Numbered from the stretch's first letter, positions 1 through 10,819 are shown. The stretch: DNA of 64,000 nucleotides from Candidatus Dojkabacteria bacterium (GCA_050950145.1 JBMNHB010000001.1:556820-620819), one strand, 5' to 3'. The notes: generated by a model from the letters alone, not told the origin. Numbers and translations: made by a program.

Positions 1-24
1 AATTGTTCTATGTATAAAAAAGAA

Positions 25-62
25 GGACTCTTTATATATATACAAACATATATAAAGAGTCC
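25..62 (-). terminator. Probable intrinsic terminator of the 556-1059/91-543 unit
   Basis: GGACTCTTTATATAT...ATATATAAAGAGTCC inverted repeat followed on the minus strand by TTCTTTTTT. Confidence 0.65.
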
Positions 63-90
63 GTTACAACGAACAAAGGATTATTAAAAA

Positions 91-543
91 CTATTGAATA
101 TCTTCATCTCCTTCACCCTCATTAGAAATCTTCTTTTTCATTAAGAAGTGTTCATACTTCTTGAAAATCCTTTCCAGATGGGGAAACACCAACTTTTCCC
201 AGTCATAACGAAGATTAAGTGGGGAAGCCCATTCAGGAAAGTAAAGTTTCAATAAGAGATAGAATTCTCCCTTGACTTTAAAAAGAGAACATCTTTCAAG
301 TTGATCAATCTCACAGATTTCTTGGAAGAATTCTTCTGTTTCCTGAGATACAACACTACGACGACTACGCTCATCGTAATGACGCATACTTTTCCACCCC
401 AATACTTCTCCATTAGTCCTATGTTTAAACTCTGAAGCAATTTCACCAGTAAGTAGTGCCCTAGCTTCATCATCACGGTCATATCCCCCTTGGACCCATA
501 CAAGACAGACACCATGGATAATCTTAAACCTACACTCCGACAT
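91..543 (-). CDS. Hypothetical protein (accessory)
   Basis: 150-aa ORF with an AAGGAG Shine-Dalgarno sequence upstream; no recognised motif. Confidence 0.6.
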   Translation of the reverse strand: MSECRFKIIHGVCLVWVQGGYDRDDEARALLTGEIASEFKHRTNGEVLGWKSMRHYDERSRRSVVSQETEEFFQEICEIDQLERCSLFKVKGEFYLLLKLYFPEWASPLNLRYDWEKLVFPHLERIFKKYEHFLMKKKISNEGEGDEDIQ

Positions 544-555
544 TTTTACTCCTTC

Positions 556-1059
556 CTATTCCACCTTTATCCTTTTCTCAAACTTCTCCATCTCTTCAAT
601 GATAAAATCAATTACCTCGAGATTAAACTTTTCCTCTGCAGACAAAGTAAGTTCACCCATAACATGATGGTTATAGTCTAACAACAGAATGGGCTCTTGA
701 TAGGCATCTTTGAATGTTGTAATTGTATTAAAGCTATCTCCTTCATCCAAGTTTGGACTAATGGCTTCTTGTTCAGGATATTCATCATAATATCTCCATC
801 GTTCAAATGTAATGACATTACGAAGATCTTTACTGAGTTTTTCTCTCATTGCCAATATAGTCGACTTAGATAAAACATATCCCTTATCTACAGTAAGATA
901 GGTCCTCCCATTAATCTGTTTGATTATACTAAAAGGACAATCTGGACTATCAATTGGATTTTTAAAGACAAAAATTCTACTGTGCCCTCTCCACTCTTGG
1001 ACTTTTAAAACTGGTTTTTCAAGATAATCGTAAAACATTTTAGTTTCCTTTCTACCCAT
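556..1059 (-). CDS. Hypothetical protein (accessory)
   Basis: 167-aa ORF, co-directional with and 12 bp from the next ORF. Confidence 0.6.
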   Translation of the reverse strand: MGRKETKMFYDYLEKPVLKVQEWRGHSRIFVFKNPIDSPDCPFSIIKQINGRTYLTVDKGYVLSKSTILAMREKLSKDLRNVITFERWRYYDEYPEQEAISPNLDEGDSFNTITTFKDAYQEPILLLDYNHHVMGELTLSAEEKFNLEVIDFIIEEMEKFEKRIKVE

Positions 1060-1179
1060 CTAGGTATATATATTTATTTGCACTAATGTGCTCAATACAG
1101 CCCTTAATACATGTTAAGAGGTATATGGAGCACAATAGTTAATAAATAATAGGAAAGAAGATATTAATAAAACCTTTGT

Positions 1180-1233
1180 TGTTAAAGAACAATATATCTA
1201 CATACTAAGATATAGATACATATGTATATTGTA
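1180..1233 (-). promoter_or_regulatory. Extended -10 promoter, hairpin and boxA-like motif
   Basis: Minus strand reads TGTTACAAT, then a TATCTATAT/ATGTAGATA hairpin, then TGTTCTTTAACA (1180-1191). Confidence 0.5.
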
Positions 1234-1254
1234 ACACTCTATAGGACTATATGT

Positions 1255-3789
1255 CTACTCCTTCTTATCTTCTACTGGCTTTTTCTCTCTTGGCTTTTTC
1301 TCTGGTTTCAAATCTTCAACCTCCTCTTTCTCCTTAGGTTTTTTAACTTCTTCAGTTTTCTCTACAGACTCCTCTTTCTTCATACTACTCCTATTCCCCT
1401 TCTCACTATATGTCTGTGTACTCCACTTCATAATCTTCTCTTCTATCTCTTCTCTTGGCATACCATATTTCTCCCTAGAATGTAAAACAATCTCATCTCT
1501 AAGATTATACTTCTCAAACCTAACAGGTAAAGACTTAGCACTAAACGGTACAGATGTCATACCATCAATACAAAGCTTAATATACATAGCATATGCATCC
1601 AAAGAAACAAGATCATCAGAAGAAACAACAGGAGCAAACTCCTTCTCTAAAATACTAGCATCAGCCTGACTTACAACAAAAGAACCAAGAGTACCAACAT
1701 TACCAAAAATAGCCTGTCTAACAGTAATAGGTAGTTGATCAATATACTGATTAGTCATAGTAAGATTAAGTTTGTACTTCCTAGCCTCCGAAAGAATCTT
1801 AGCAAAAGACTCTGTAGCAAAGTTCTGAAACTCATCAACATACAGATAGAAATCTGTCCTTTGTTCCTCTGGAATATCTACCCTCTCCATAGCTGTAGCT
1901 TGAAGACGAGTGATTATCATACCTCCAAGAAGAGATGCTGTCTCCTCTCCTAGTCTTCCTTGTGCAAGATTAACAAGAAGAATCTTCTTGTTATCCATGA
2001 TCTCCCTTAGATCAATTGTTGACTTTACCTGGCCAATTATATTTCTTGTAACAGCAGAAGAGATAAATCTACCAACCTTATTCTGTATTGGAGATACTGC
2101 TTCTGCAAGCAACCTATTATTCTCAGCCATCTGTGCAAATTCCTCATTCCAAAATTTGTAAAGAATTGGATCATTAACCTGTTTTAATATGAACTTCCTG
2201 TAATTCTTGTCTGTTAACATTCTAATAACGGCAAGAAGAGTTGTACCCTGTGCCTCCATAACAGTAGCTACAGTATTAGTAAGAATATATTGTAATCTAG
2301 GACCCCAAGAATCACCAAACTGCTTCTTAAATACCTCCACCACCCCATCAGCAATTAAATCTCTCTGTGACTTATCCTTAAGCTCTAAAAGATTAAACCC
2401 TACTGGATGATCAACATCTGTAGGATTAAAGTAAACCACATCCTGCACTCTGTTTGGTGGAATATATGAAAGAAGTTCCTCTACAGTATCACCATGAGGA
2501 TCTACAAAACACGCACCATCTCCAGCTAAAACATCAGAGATGAACATATTCTTAAACAAAGTGGATTTACCAGTACCTGTCTTACCTAAAAGATAGAAGT
2601 GTCTCACCCTATCTCTCCTCTTTATCCCAAATTGTACTTTAACATCTCTGTAATCAGTAGTACCAAAGACTGTAACATCATCATCTGTACTTCTTGGTAA
2701 ATTCATAGGAGGTTCTAACTTCCTAGACCTACTCCAAGCAATATTTGGAGTTTCAACTGATATATTTGGCAAGTGATACAAAGATGCTAACTCCTCAATA
2801 TTTACAATATCCCTCTGATCTCCAATATCTCTTTTGATATAGCTATCATAGATTTCCTTACCTGTACTTGTAGGTTCAGCATACACCAAGTTGTTAAGAT
2901 GGGCAGTAGTAAATTGCTTAAAACTAGCTACAACATCTCTAAGTAACTGCTCTGATCTAAACTGATCCTCAGCCTTTGTTATAACTCTAATCTTAAACTC
3001 AAACCCAACTTTCAACATCTTGTTTGCAATCTCACTCAACTCCTCCTCCTGTCCTGGCAAAAGCTTAACTATCTCCTTAGCTGCTGGTTTAGCATTTGGA
3101 TCGGTATTAAGAGCATCTCCTATACCTTTAGCTAACTTTGAAACTAACTCAGCAAAAGATGGTCCACTCAAACTCTTTCCTTCCTTAATAGCTGTAATAT
3201 ATTCTTTAGACTTCTCCTGCCATGTATTAGAGATTGGCCTCACAATTACCTGTAACCAAACTTTCTCATGCTTGTTTAATTCGGACATAGCTCCAGTTAT
3301 AGCAGCAAGAGGATCTACTTCAAAACTTCTAAATGTCTTTATCGGAAATATTGAATCTTTCTCCATCTCTATCTCACCTGCTGTAACAAAGACTTCCTGA
3401 TCACTCTGTTCCTTTGTATAGTCTTGAACATACTCAATATCAGCATTTGGATACTGTGCATATATCTGACCTTCTATAAAGCGACAAAGATGTTGTGGAG
3501 CTACAACAAAAAACCTAATCCCATCAGCATCAGTAGAGATAATTTCAAAACTAATCACATCTTCACCTCTTTTGTTTCCTCCCAAAATACCATGAATTGA
3601 TGCAAACATCTGCTCTGCTGCCAAAGATGCTTTCTCATTCTCTTTAGGCACAAGTATCTGCATAATCAAAGGATTTCTAACCTCGTTATACACCTCCTCC
3701 TCTTCCGGTTTCTGTCTAAAAAAGAGGAATATCAAACCTAAAAAAAGAAAAGCTCCTATTATTACTACCAACATTAGTGTTAAATCCAT
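1255..3789 (-). CDS. Membrane-anchored VirB4/TraD(TrwB)/HerA-like ATPase (type IV secretion coupling protein-like, typical of CPR)
   Basis: N-terminal TM; Walker A GKTGTGKS; DPHGD; Walker B LYVDEFQNF; SEARKY. Confidence 0.85.
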   Translation of the reverse strand: MDLTLMLVVIIGAFLFLGLIFLFFRQKPEEEEVYNEVRNPLIMQILVPKENEKASLAAEQMFASIHGILGGNKRGEDVISFEIISTDADGIRFFVVAPQHLCRFIEGQIYAQYPNADIEYVQDYTKEQSDQEVFVTAGEIEMEKDSIFPIKTFRSFEVDPLAAITGAMSELNKHEKVWLQVIVRPISNTWQEKSKEYITAIKEGKSLSGPSFAELVSKLAKGIGDALNTDPNAKPAAKEIVKLLPGQEEELSEIANKMLKVGFEFKIRVITKAEDQFRSEQLLRDVVASFKQFTTAHLNNLVYAEPTSTGKEIYDSYIKRDIGDQRDIVNIEELASLYHLPNISVETPNIAWSRSRKLEPPMNLPRSTDDDVTVFGTTDYRDVKVQFGIKRRDRVRHFYLLGKTGTGKSTLFKNMFISDVLAGDGACFVDPHGDTVEELLSYIPPNRVQDVVYFNPTDVDHPVGFNLLELKDKSQRDLIADGVVEVFKKQFGDSWGPRLQYILTNTVATVMEAQGTTLLAVIRMLTDKNYRKFILKQVNDPILYKFWNEEFAQMAENNRLLAEAVSPIQNKVGRFISSAVTRNIIGQVKSTIDLREIMDNKKILLVNLAQGRLGEETASLLGGMIITRLQATAMERVDIPEEQRTDFYLYVDEFQNFATESFAKILSEARKYKLNLTMTNQYIDQLPITVRQAIFGNVGTLGSFVVSQADASILEKEFAPVVSSDDLVSLDAYAMYIKLCIDGMTSVPFSAKSLPVRFEKYNLRDEIVLHSREKYGMPREEIEEKIMKWSTQTYSEKGNRSSMKKEESVEKTEEVKKPKEKEEVEDLKPEKKPREKKPVEDKKE

Positions 3790-3834
3790 ATTTGTAAAAT
3801 TTTAAAGTAAAAGTAATGATTTATCAAATATATT

Positions 3835-4974
3835 CTAGAAGCTATACATAGATTTAATATCCTTTCCTAAAACAACAACAATATCCCCTGTTGTCATAAA
3901 ATCAGGTCTACCTTCTACTGTCTCAAACTCTACTGGTATAACATCAGAAACCACTCTGTAGGCATTAGAAAATTTATCCATATTTGAAATATATACTTTA
4001 GTTCTTTCCTCACTGTTTGGTGCATTTCCATACCTAACAACATCACAACAAGTATTAACAATCTTTCTTCCAAAACTAGATGCCACACCTGTAAGCTCAC
4101 TCCCATTATACACCTCTACCCTAACCCTTTCATTCTCCAACCCTCTATCAAGAACTTTTTCAAACAGATCACGGAAAACCTTATCATACTCTGTTGTATT
4201 CAAAACCTTAATCTTATCTCCTGTTACCAAACTTCCTTCCACTAAAAAGTCATCTTCTCCTAGATTTATAATTTTTCTAATATATTTACTCCTACCATAA
4301 CCAGCATTTTGAATCTCTAGTTTAATATCATAGAAAGGAATATTAGAGTAAATCTTCTCATCTAACTTTGCTAGTGAACTAGCATATCTAAACATATGAA
4401 AAAAACCTAAATGACTATTCAAATTCCTAATATTTTCAAGATTAGAACCATCATAATCAAAACTAATAGCTTCTAATGATTCAGAAGAGAAGAAAATATA
4501 TTTATCACTCTTAAAACCTAATAACTGATTGATCTGCCATATTGCATACTCCACTCCCCTACCTTTTTCTAGAAAATCTCCTGCATATCTAAAAGAAGAA
4601 ACAGCTATCTCATTACCAAATTTCTCTTCAAGCCCTGTATAGTAAACATGTGCAGGAAGATATATCACTATCTCAAACTGTTTATCCGGATTAGTTAAAT
4701 ATACATATACATCAGTTATCCTTCTTTGCTCTCCATTTCCTTTTTCTAAAACAATCAAAGTCTTTTTTAAAGAATCAACTCTCTCAGACAATATATATCC
4801 ACTTGAAGAAAACTCTGTTGTAATATCCTTAGTCTTTACAGAAAAGATTACAAAAAGGGAATATATAACATAGAGAAATCCTAATGTTAAAACAATGTAA
4901 AAAAGAATTTTCAAAAAGGGAAATTTCTTTTTCGTACTACTAGATTTTTCTTTTACTCTTCGTCTTCTGGGCAT
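3835..4974 (-). CDS. LytR/CpsA/Psr-related protein with LytR C-terminal domain
   Basis: TM after a basic N-terminus; C-terminal VRVEVYNGS..GVA..GNA..DIVVVLGKD. Confidence 0.7.
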   Translation of the reverse strand: MPRRRRVKEKSSSTKKKFPFLKILFYIVLTLGFLYVIYSLFVIFSVKTKDITTEFSSSGYILSERVDSLKKTLIVLEKGNGEQRRITDVYVYLTNPDKQFEIVIYLPAHVYYTGLEEKFGNEIAVSSFRYAGDFLEKGRGVEYAIWQINQLLGFKSDKYIFFSSESLEAISFDYDGSNLENIRNLNSHLGFFHMFRYASSLAKLDEKIYSNIPFYDIKLEIQNAGYGRSKYIRKIINLGEDDFLVEGSLVTGDKIKVLNTTEYDKVFRDLFEKVLDRGLENERVRVEVYNGSELTGVASSFGRKIVNTCCDVVRYGNAPNSEERTKVYISNMDKFSNAYRVVSDVIPVEFETVEGRPDFMTTGDIVVVLGKDIKSMYSF

Positions 4975-5962
4975 TTTTGTAAAGATTAAACGATTCTCTC
5001 TCTCCTTTCATGTTTTCAAAGGAAAGAAGAATTGAAGTTAATTCTATACTATCTGGTACTCCTCCCCTACCTTTCTTTGTAGAGTATAGTGTATCACCAA
5101 CAATGTTAATTCCCAAGTATTCAAGAGTTGCTCTAATTTGGTGCATTCTTCCGGTTTCAATTTTAATCAGTAATTCATTTTCATTAATTGGTTTTACATA
5201 TGTGAGAGCATATTTCCCTCCATTATTAAATTTCTCTGGTGTAAACCTCATCTTCATTCTATTTACATTGTTCCTTTGAACATATCCTTCTAATTTTTCC
5301 CAACTATCATCAACAATGAAATCTCTTGATTCTAAACTTTCAATAACAGAGGAAATATCTACACCTTTCTTAATTTTTTCCTTCAGTATAGTTGGGAAAT
5401 TCTTACTTTCCACATTTGCATGATAAAGTTTAACCACTTTGTGTTCTTCAAATTGTTTTTGATAATACATCTGTGATTCTTGCGTTTTAGCAAAAAGGAT
5501 TAAACCAGAAACTCCTTTATCTAACCTATGAACAACACCTCCTCTTTTAACTCTTTCATCATACTCTCCTTTTGACTGAAGATATCCAACAACATAGTTA
5601 GAAAGTGTATTATCACTGTTTCCAGCTCCTGGATGAACAACTATTCCTGATGCTTTATTTAATATTAGTATTTCACTATTTTCAAAGAAAATATCTAGAT
5701 CACCCTCTTGAGGAACTATTCTTAATCCAGATGTATCTTCCTTTATCTTCTGTTCTAAAAGAGAAACATCTATGTATACAAGATCATTCTCTTTTAATTT
5801 TAATGATGGTTTAACAACTTTTTCATTTACTAAAACTAAATTATCCCAATATTTCTTCAGAAAAGATCTGGTTACTAACTTGAAAGAAGTATCCTTAAGA
5901 ATGTTTAATACAAAAATATCTAACCTCTCTCCAACTGCATCACTAGAAACTCTTTCTTCCAT
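4940..5962 (-). CDS. rluD: RluA/RluD family pseudouridine synthase
   Basis: S4-like N-terminus, NKASGIVVHPG, HRLDKGVSG, TGRMHQIR. Confidence 0.9.
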   Translation of the reverse strand: MEERVSSDAVGERLDIFVLNILKDTSFKLVTRSFLKKYWDNLVLVNEKVVKPSLKLKENDLVYIDVSLLEQKIKEDTSGLRIVPQEGDLDIFFENSEILILNKASGIVVHPGAGNSDNTLSNYVVGYLQSKGEYDERVKRGGVVHRLDKGVSGLILFAKTQESQMYYQKQFEEHKVVKLYHANVESKNFPTILKEKIKKGVDISSVIESLESRDFIVDDSWEKLEGYVQRNNVNRMKMRFTPEKFNNGGKYALTYVKPINENELLIKIETGRMHQIRATLEYLGINIVGDTLYSTKKGRGGVPDSIELTSILLSFENMKGERESFNLYKNAQKTKSKRKI

Positions 5963-5965
5963 ATA

Positions 5966-6802
5966 TTATCTCGGTAATCTAATCGGTTTAGTAACCTCCG
6001 GTATTGAGACCTGTCTAACAGATGAGACACTCTCAATAGTTACATTATTAATTTTCTTGGAATCTATTGTATTCATAACTACACCAGCTATATACCAAAC
6101 AAGAAGTATGACAATACCTACTATTGTTACAATTTGAGGAGAAGAAGAGAAATATACGAAACTAATAATTGCCACAGCAATTAGAGCAAAGATGTTTTGT
6201 AGAAGAATTCTTGTAGCATCTTTTCTCTTACCAGTATATATATTCATAAAGATACATTGTAAAATGATGAAAAGAACAAAAGGGATAAGTATCCACACAC
6301 CATGTTTGATCCATATATCATTCTTACTTTGTACCCCTACAAAGAGATATGTTAGAGCTATCATTCCCCAATTTGAAAGATACATAGCAGAAAACAATTC
6401 ACACCATCTCCATTTCTTTCTAAAAATAACTATTAGCGTTTGAGAAAGTAACACACCTAAGAAAGTATACAGAATATCTAGTTGACCATCCCAAAATTGA
6501 AAAAACCTCCACGGTAAAAGTCTGAAGAGATATACCTGATCACCATATCTCTCATATGGTAACCAATACCAAGTATATGATGAGAAATCAGACCAATTAA
6601 GGATGATGTACATAACTCTTCCTATAAATAGGCCTATGATTATGGAGACAATGAAGATATCAAAGACAGAAGAGTTATTCTTCCTACTTCTTACAGCTTC
6701 TTTCCAAAAGACATACAAACCAATGAAGAATATTACAAAAAGACCAATAAGTGGGTTAATACTACGGATAAAACTAATAATATTTGAAATAATCTCAGAC
6801 AC
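5966..6802 (-). CDS. Multi-TM protein, divergent prolipoprotein diacylglyceryl transferase (Lgt)-like
   Basis: About 7 TM segments; IGLFIGRVMYI and WDGQL..G resemble Lgt motifs; adjacent to rluD. Confidence 0.5.
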   Translation of the reverse strand: MSEIISNIISFIRSINPLIGLFVIFFIGLYVFWKEAVRSRKNNSSVFDIFIVSIIIGLFIGRVMYIILNWSDFSSYTWYWLPYERYGDQVYLFRLLPWRFFQFWDGQLDILYTFLGVLLSQTLIVIFRKKWRWCELFSAMYLSNWGMIALTYLFVGVQSKNDIWIKHGVWILIPFVLFIILQCIFMNIYTGKRKDATRILLQNIFALIAVAIISFVYFSSSPQIVTIVGIVILLVWYIAGVVMNTIDSKKINNVTIESVSSVRQVSIPEVTKPIRLPR

Positions 6803-6852
6803 TGGTGTTAGTCATACTTAATTAAGTATTATATGATAGCATAAATACAAAG

Positions 6853-7590
6853 CTATCTTCTCCTTTTCTTTTTCTTCTTTTTCTTACTAACTTGATTCTT
6901 TTCTTCAGAGTTTTCTCCCTGATTTTCTTTAATATCTTCTACTTTCTCTTTCTTTCCAAAAATTTTACTATGCAGATCTCTAAGCATATCCCCTATTGCA
7001 ACAGCTACTCCTTTCCTCTCTGTATACCTTACTCTCTTTGCTTCTACTACATCTGCAGCTTCCTCCTTGGATGCTTGAATCTGCTCTTCCATAACTTCCT
7101 TTGTTGGATGTTCCACCTCTATTGGAATAGTGGTTTTACCTGACATTTGATTCCCACAAGATGGACAATATTTATACTGCTTATCCATCTCTAATTCACA
7201 ATTTGAACATTTCATCTTTAAAACATATCTACAGTTTGGACAAAATGTAAAACCAGGATAGAGTTGTGTACCGCACTTAGGACAATCACCCAACTCAGCA
7301 GTTTCATACTTAAGATATCTTCTCTCAAGATCTGCCCAATATATCTCCTCTATCGTCTGGCTTGGTCGGATTAAGAGATAGATAATTAAACCAACAACAA
7401 AAAGAAGAAGAACAAGAAATACATATGCTATCCTTGTTTCTTTATTTGTCGTTCTATCTCCTGAATCTAGCCAAACCCAGTAAACCACAACTATCCAAAA
7501 AGCTCCTAACGCTATACCAAAAAGGGTCCACACAAAACTAAAATCAATCGTGGTTATTCTATCAAAGAAACCTAATACAACATCTTCCAT
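6853..7590 (-). CDS. Membrane protein with double zinc ribbon
   Basis: 2 TM segments, YLLIRP motif, four CxxC pairs. Confidence 0.75.
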   Translation of the reverse strand: MEDVVLGFFDRITTIDFSFVWTLFGIALGAFWIVVVYWVWLDSGDRTTNKETRIAYVFLVLLLFVVGLIIYLLIRPSQTIEEIYWADLERRYLKYETAELGDCPKCGTQLYPGFTFCPNCRYVLKMKCSNCELEMDKQYKYCPSCGNQMSGKTTIPIEVEHPTKEVMEEQIQASKEEAADVVEAKRVRYTERKGVAVAIGDMLRDLHSKIFGKKEKVEDIKENQGENSEEKNQVSKKKKKKKRRR

Positions 7591-7616
7591 AATTAATATC
7601 ACTTAACTTAAAAATA

Positions 7617-7700
7617 TGGTCGGGGAGGGAATCGAACCCTCATGCTATTGCTAGCACGGGATTTTGAGTCCCGCGTGTCTGCCAGTTCCACCACTCGACC
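7617..7700 (-). tRNA. tRNA-Leu(CAA)
   Basis: Cloverleaf with long variable arm; anticodon arm GGGA-CT-CAA-AA-TCCC; GGTTCGATT T-loop; CCA not encoded. Confidence 0.93.
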
Positions 7701-7742
7701 CTAGCCGAATTATACTAAAGAATCACTTGTTTGGAAAGGTTT

Positions 7743-9065
7743 TTACTTACTGCTTTTATATAGGTTTCTAAAGCTTGCAATTTCAGGAATAAAGGCAAGG
7801 CGAATATCTCCTGTTGGTCCATTCCTATGCTTTGCTACAATTAAATCTCCGATACCTTTTTTCTCAGTATCAGGATTCCATATCTCTTCTCTGTCTATGA
7901 ACATGACAACATCTGCATCCTGCTCAATAGAACCAGACTCTCTTAAGTCTGATAACTGAGGTCTTCTACTCTGTCTCTGTTCAATAGCCCTAGATAGCTG
8001 AGAGAGTGCCACTACAGGAACATCTAATTCTTTTGCAATATTCTTTAATCCTTGTGATATCTCTCCTACTTCTAACACCCTACTCTCTTTACTATTCCCA
8101 TGCATAAGCTGAAGATAGTCAACAAAGATAATATCAACACCACTTTCAACTGCTAATCTTCTTGCTTTTGTTCTTAGGGAATTAATATGTTGACCTGCTT
8201 GATCATCAATAAATATATTTGCATCACCTAACTCACCCATTGTACTTGCCAACTTCATTAACTTCTTATCATCCAACCTTCCCGTTCTCATCTCCCAGAA
8301 AGGAATACCTGATTGCATACCTAAAAATCTCTCCATAATCTGAGTCTTAGACATCTCTAATGAGAAGAATGCAACAGTCTTTTTATCCACTAAGGCGGCA
8401 TACCTCATCATGTCTAATGCTAGCGCAGTTTTACCAACAGAAGGTCTTGCAGCTAATACTATTAAGTCCGATTTCTGAAAACCACCTAACAACTCATCTA
8501 AATCTTTAAATCCAGTAGAAATACCTAAATATGATTCATCTTTCTCTGCTCGTTCTGCCCTCTCATACGCCTCTTTAAGCAGATCTTTAATATGTACAAA
8601 GTTAACCTTAGTACCTGTTTGTGCTACATCAAAAATTTCTTTCTCTGATTTGTCAATAACCTCATCAATTGGAGTATCTTCATTCTTTGCAATAGATGAA
8701 ATTGTACCTGCTGCAGAGATTAATCCTCTTCTAATAGCACTCTCCTTCACAATCTCCCCATACTCCTCAGCATGAGATGAAGTTGCAACAGTTGTTAACA
8801 AATCTGCCAAATATCCAGCACCACCAGCAGCTGTAAGTTTCTTCTGTTTTTTTAATTTATCAACAACTGTAACTAAATCTACAGGAAGAGCATTATTAAA
8901 CAGATCCATAATAGCAGAATAGATTGTAATATGCTTACCATCAAAGAAATGCTCGGGTCTTAGCCATGCAGAAACAGTAATGATAGCGTCTTTGTCCATC
9001 AACATACAGCCAAGTAAGGATTTCTCTACTTCAATGTTTTGTGGTACATTTTTAATTTCTTTCAT
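7743..9065 (-). CDS. dnaB: Replicative DNA helicase
   Basis: ARPSVGKT, DYLQLM, LSQLSR, DLRESGSIEQDAD, KHRNGPTG. Confidence 0.97.
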   Translation of the reverse strand: MKEIKNVPQNIEVEKSLLGCMLMDKDAIITVSAWLRPEHFFDGKHITIYSAIMDLFNNALPVDLVTVVDKLKKQKKLTAAGGAGYLADLLTTVATSSHAEEYGEIVKESAIRRGLISAAGTISSIAKNEDTPIDEVIDKSEKEIFDVAQTGTKVNFVHIKDLLKEAYERAERAEKDESYLGISTGFKDLDELLGGFQKSDLIVLAARPSVGKTALALDMMRYAALVDKKTVAFFSLEMSKTQIMERFLGMQSGIPFWEMRTGRLDDKKLMKLASTMGELGDANIFIDDQAGQHINSLRTKARRLAVESGVDIIFVDYLQLMHGNSKESRVLEVGEISQGLKNIAKELDVPVVALSQLSRAIEQRQSRRPQLSDLRESGSIEQDADVVMFIDREEIWNPDTEKKGIGDLIVAKHRNGPTGDIRLAFIPEIASFRNLYKSSK

Positions 9066-9073
9066 CTTAAAGA

Positions 9074-9724
9074 TTACTTAAGAAATATAACTTCAACACT
9101 CTTCTGATCCTCCTCTACTCTCTTCCTCGCAAGATTAACAAACCCCTCATCTCTTGCATTAGCGTATCCAAAATACTGTATGAATTCCTCCCTACTCTTC
9201 AATCCCTCATCCTTCTTAGACTCCCCTTTATACGCACAAGGAATCAATATCGCTGGATCAATATTTGAAATAACTTTTTCAATCGTATCGTATTCCATAA
9301 ACATATCTCCATTTCCAACAGGAAGAATCAAAGCATCAACATCTCCTAAATTCTTAACCTTCTCTGGATCAAAATCCTTACCTGTTGCACCCATATATAC
9401 AGTTCTGAGGTTCTTGTCATCAATTATGTAAAATTCCTCATTGATATTTCTTCTAATCATAATTCCACCAACCTCATACTCACCTGCTGTATATATCTCC
9501 ATAATCTTCTCCCTTTTATCTGGTACAACCTTATCCTCTAAGTTTAATTTTTTTAGTATAGAGGTATCATCAGGAGTACTTGGATAATCTGTAAACAATA
9601 CAACATCTGCTGCAGTCTTAGGAAAACTTGCTCCAGATTCTTTAAGAATACCTGGATCTGTAAGTACAGAAATATTATCTGTAGTAAGAAGAAATGTTGT
9701 CCAACCCACCTTTTTTATTTTCAT
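9074..9724 (-). CDS. MBL-fold (Lactamase_B_3-like) protein with degenerate metal motif
   Basis: TDP, GEYEVGG, DVDALILPVG motifs; no HxHxDH. Confidence 0.65.
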   Translation of the reverse strand: MKIKKVGWTTFLLTTDNISVLTDPGILKESGASFPKTAADVVLFTDYPSTPDDTSILKKLNLEDKVVPDKREKIMEIYTAGEYEVGGIMIRRNINEEFYIIDDKNLRTVYMGATGKDFDPEKVKNLGDVDALILPVGNGDMFMEYDTIEKVISNIDPAILIPCAYKGESKKDEGLKSREEFIQYFGYANARDEGFVNLARKRVEEDQKSVEVIFLK

Positions 9725-9797
9725 ACAATATACTGATTAAACTAAAACTAGATACTTAAGTATATCAAATTATCATTGGGCAATTTTACACTTTTTA

Positions 9798-10016
9798 CTA
9801 TTTCAATCCTAATGTATCTTTAATATCTTCAAGCATAGATTCTTTCATCTGCTGTTTGATAAGCTCCGTTTTCAGACTCTCCAAAGAAGATATACTAGCT
9901 TGAAGTTGTGTCATAACTCTACTATCAGATTCTCCCCTAAGAATCATGTTTTTAACACCTCCGACTTGCCCTTCTACCCTCTTAATTCTGTTCTGAATTT
10001 TCACTGGATATTTCAT
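9798..10016 (-). CDS. CsoR/RcnR family regulator-like protein
   Basis: RIKRVEGQVGGVKNMI...QLQA signature. Confidence 0.75.
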   Translation of the reverse strand: MKYPVKIQNRIKRVEGQVGGVKNMILRGESDSRVMTQLQASISSLESLKTELIKQQMKESMLEDIKDTLGLK

Positions 10017-10052
10017 ACTTCAGTATATCACAAAATATTGCCTACTGTTAAC

Positions 10053-10129
10053 CAGACCAGGTCTGTACAAAAACCATTGACAGTAAAGAGCTAACTACTG
10101 TTTTGTTACGATTAGTTAACTTACTATGA
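10053..10129 (+). repeat. 80-bp bipartite palindrome element, copy 1
   Basis: CAGACCAGGTCTG at 10053-10065; CTAT at 10124 (offset 71). Confidence 0.85.
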
Positions 10130-10819
10130 GTCTTTCTGTAACTTCTTAATCTTTGCAACCATATCAGAGAAATATGTATATACAAAAAAGAGAATGAAAG
10201 ATATTGCAAGAATCTCAAAGGCTTCCTCCCAAAACACAAGAGTTCCGTACCCTTCTTGAAACATAATATTTGGCTTTGTGCTAACAAATTCTATAACTAA
10301 ACCAAGTACAAGAAATATTAAACCGATCATTAAAAGCATTGCTCTTTTCCAATTCTTTTTAATAAACTTCATTAAGAATACCCCTACAACAACAAAGAAA
10401 ATTAAGAAAGGAATTATGTAGTATGGTAACCATGTTGTTGATTCATATCCAAATTCACTTACAACATCCTGCAAATTCCTTTGTCCTTCCTTGATAAAAA
10501 GTTCATTAAAGAAAGTAGGTAGGTTTTCATGTATCTGACCTACTTCATCTAAAGCAAGAAAGAGAAATACAAATGCAAAGAAGATCCAAAAATACTTAAA
10601 CTTACCATCAGTAGAAAGAAATAGATAAAAAGCAAAGAATGAAACCAAAAGGACCTTCATACCTTGATATATCGTAGGTAAATTACTCTCTACATCCAAA
10701 TTAAAAAATGTTTTTTCTGGGAAAAGAGAATGTAAAAGCAGAACAAGTGAATCAACAAAAAGAAAAAGAATTATGAACGATATTAACTTGTTTTGTACAA
10801 TCCAACTCCTTAATTTCAT
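10124..10819 (-). CDS. Multi-pass membrane protein (accessory)
   Basis: About 6 TM segments, LALDEVGQIHE motif; flanked by inverted copies of the 80-bp element. Confidence 0.75.
   Translation of the reverse strand: MKLRSWIVQNKLISFIILFLFVDSLVLLLHSLFPEKTFFNLDVESNLPTIYQGMKVLLVSFFAFYLFLSTDGKFKYFWIFFAFVFLFLALDEVGQIHENLPTFFNELFIKEGQRNLQDVVSEFGYESTTWLPYYIIPFLIFFVVVGVFLMKFIKKNWKRAMLLMIGLIFLVLGLVIEFVSTKPNIMFQEGYGTLVFWEEAFEILAISFILFFVYTYFSDMVAKIKKLQKDS

Noticed and set aside
1255-3789. Conjugative element suggested by the VirB4/TraD-like ATPase
   Set aside because: No relaxase, mating-pair genes or integrase nearby; it is embedded among housekeeping genes, as is usual in CPR
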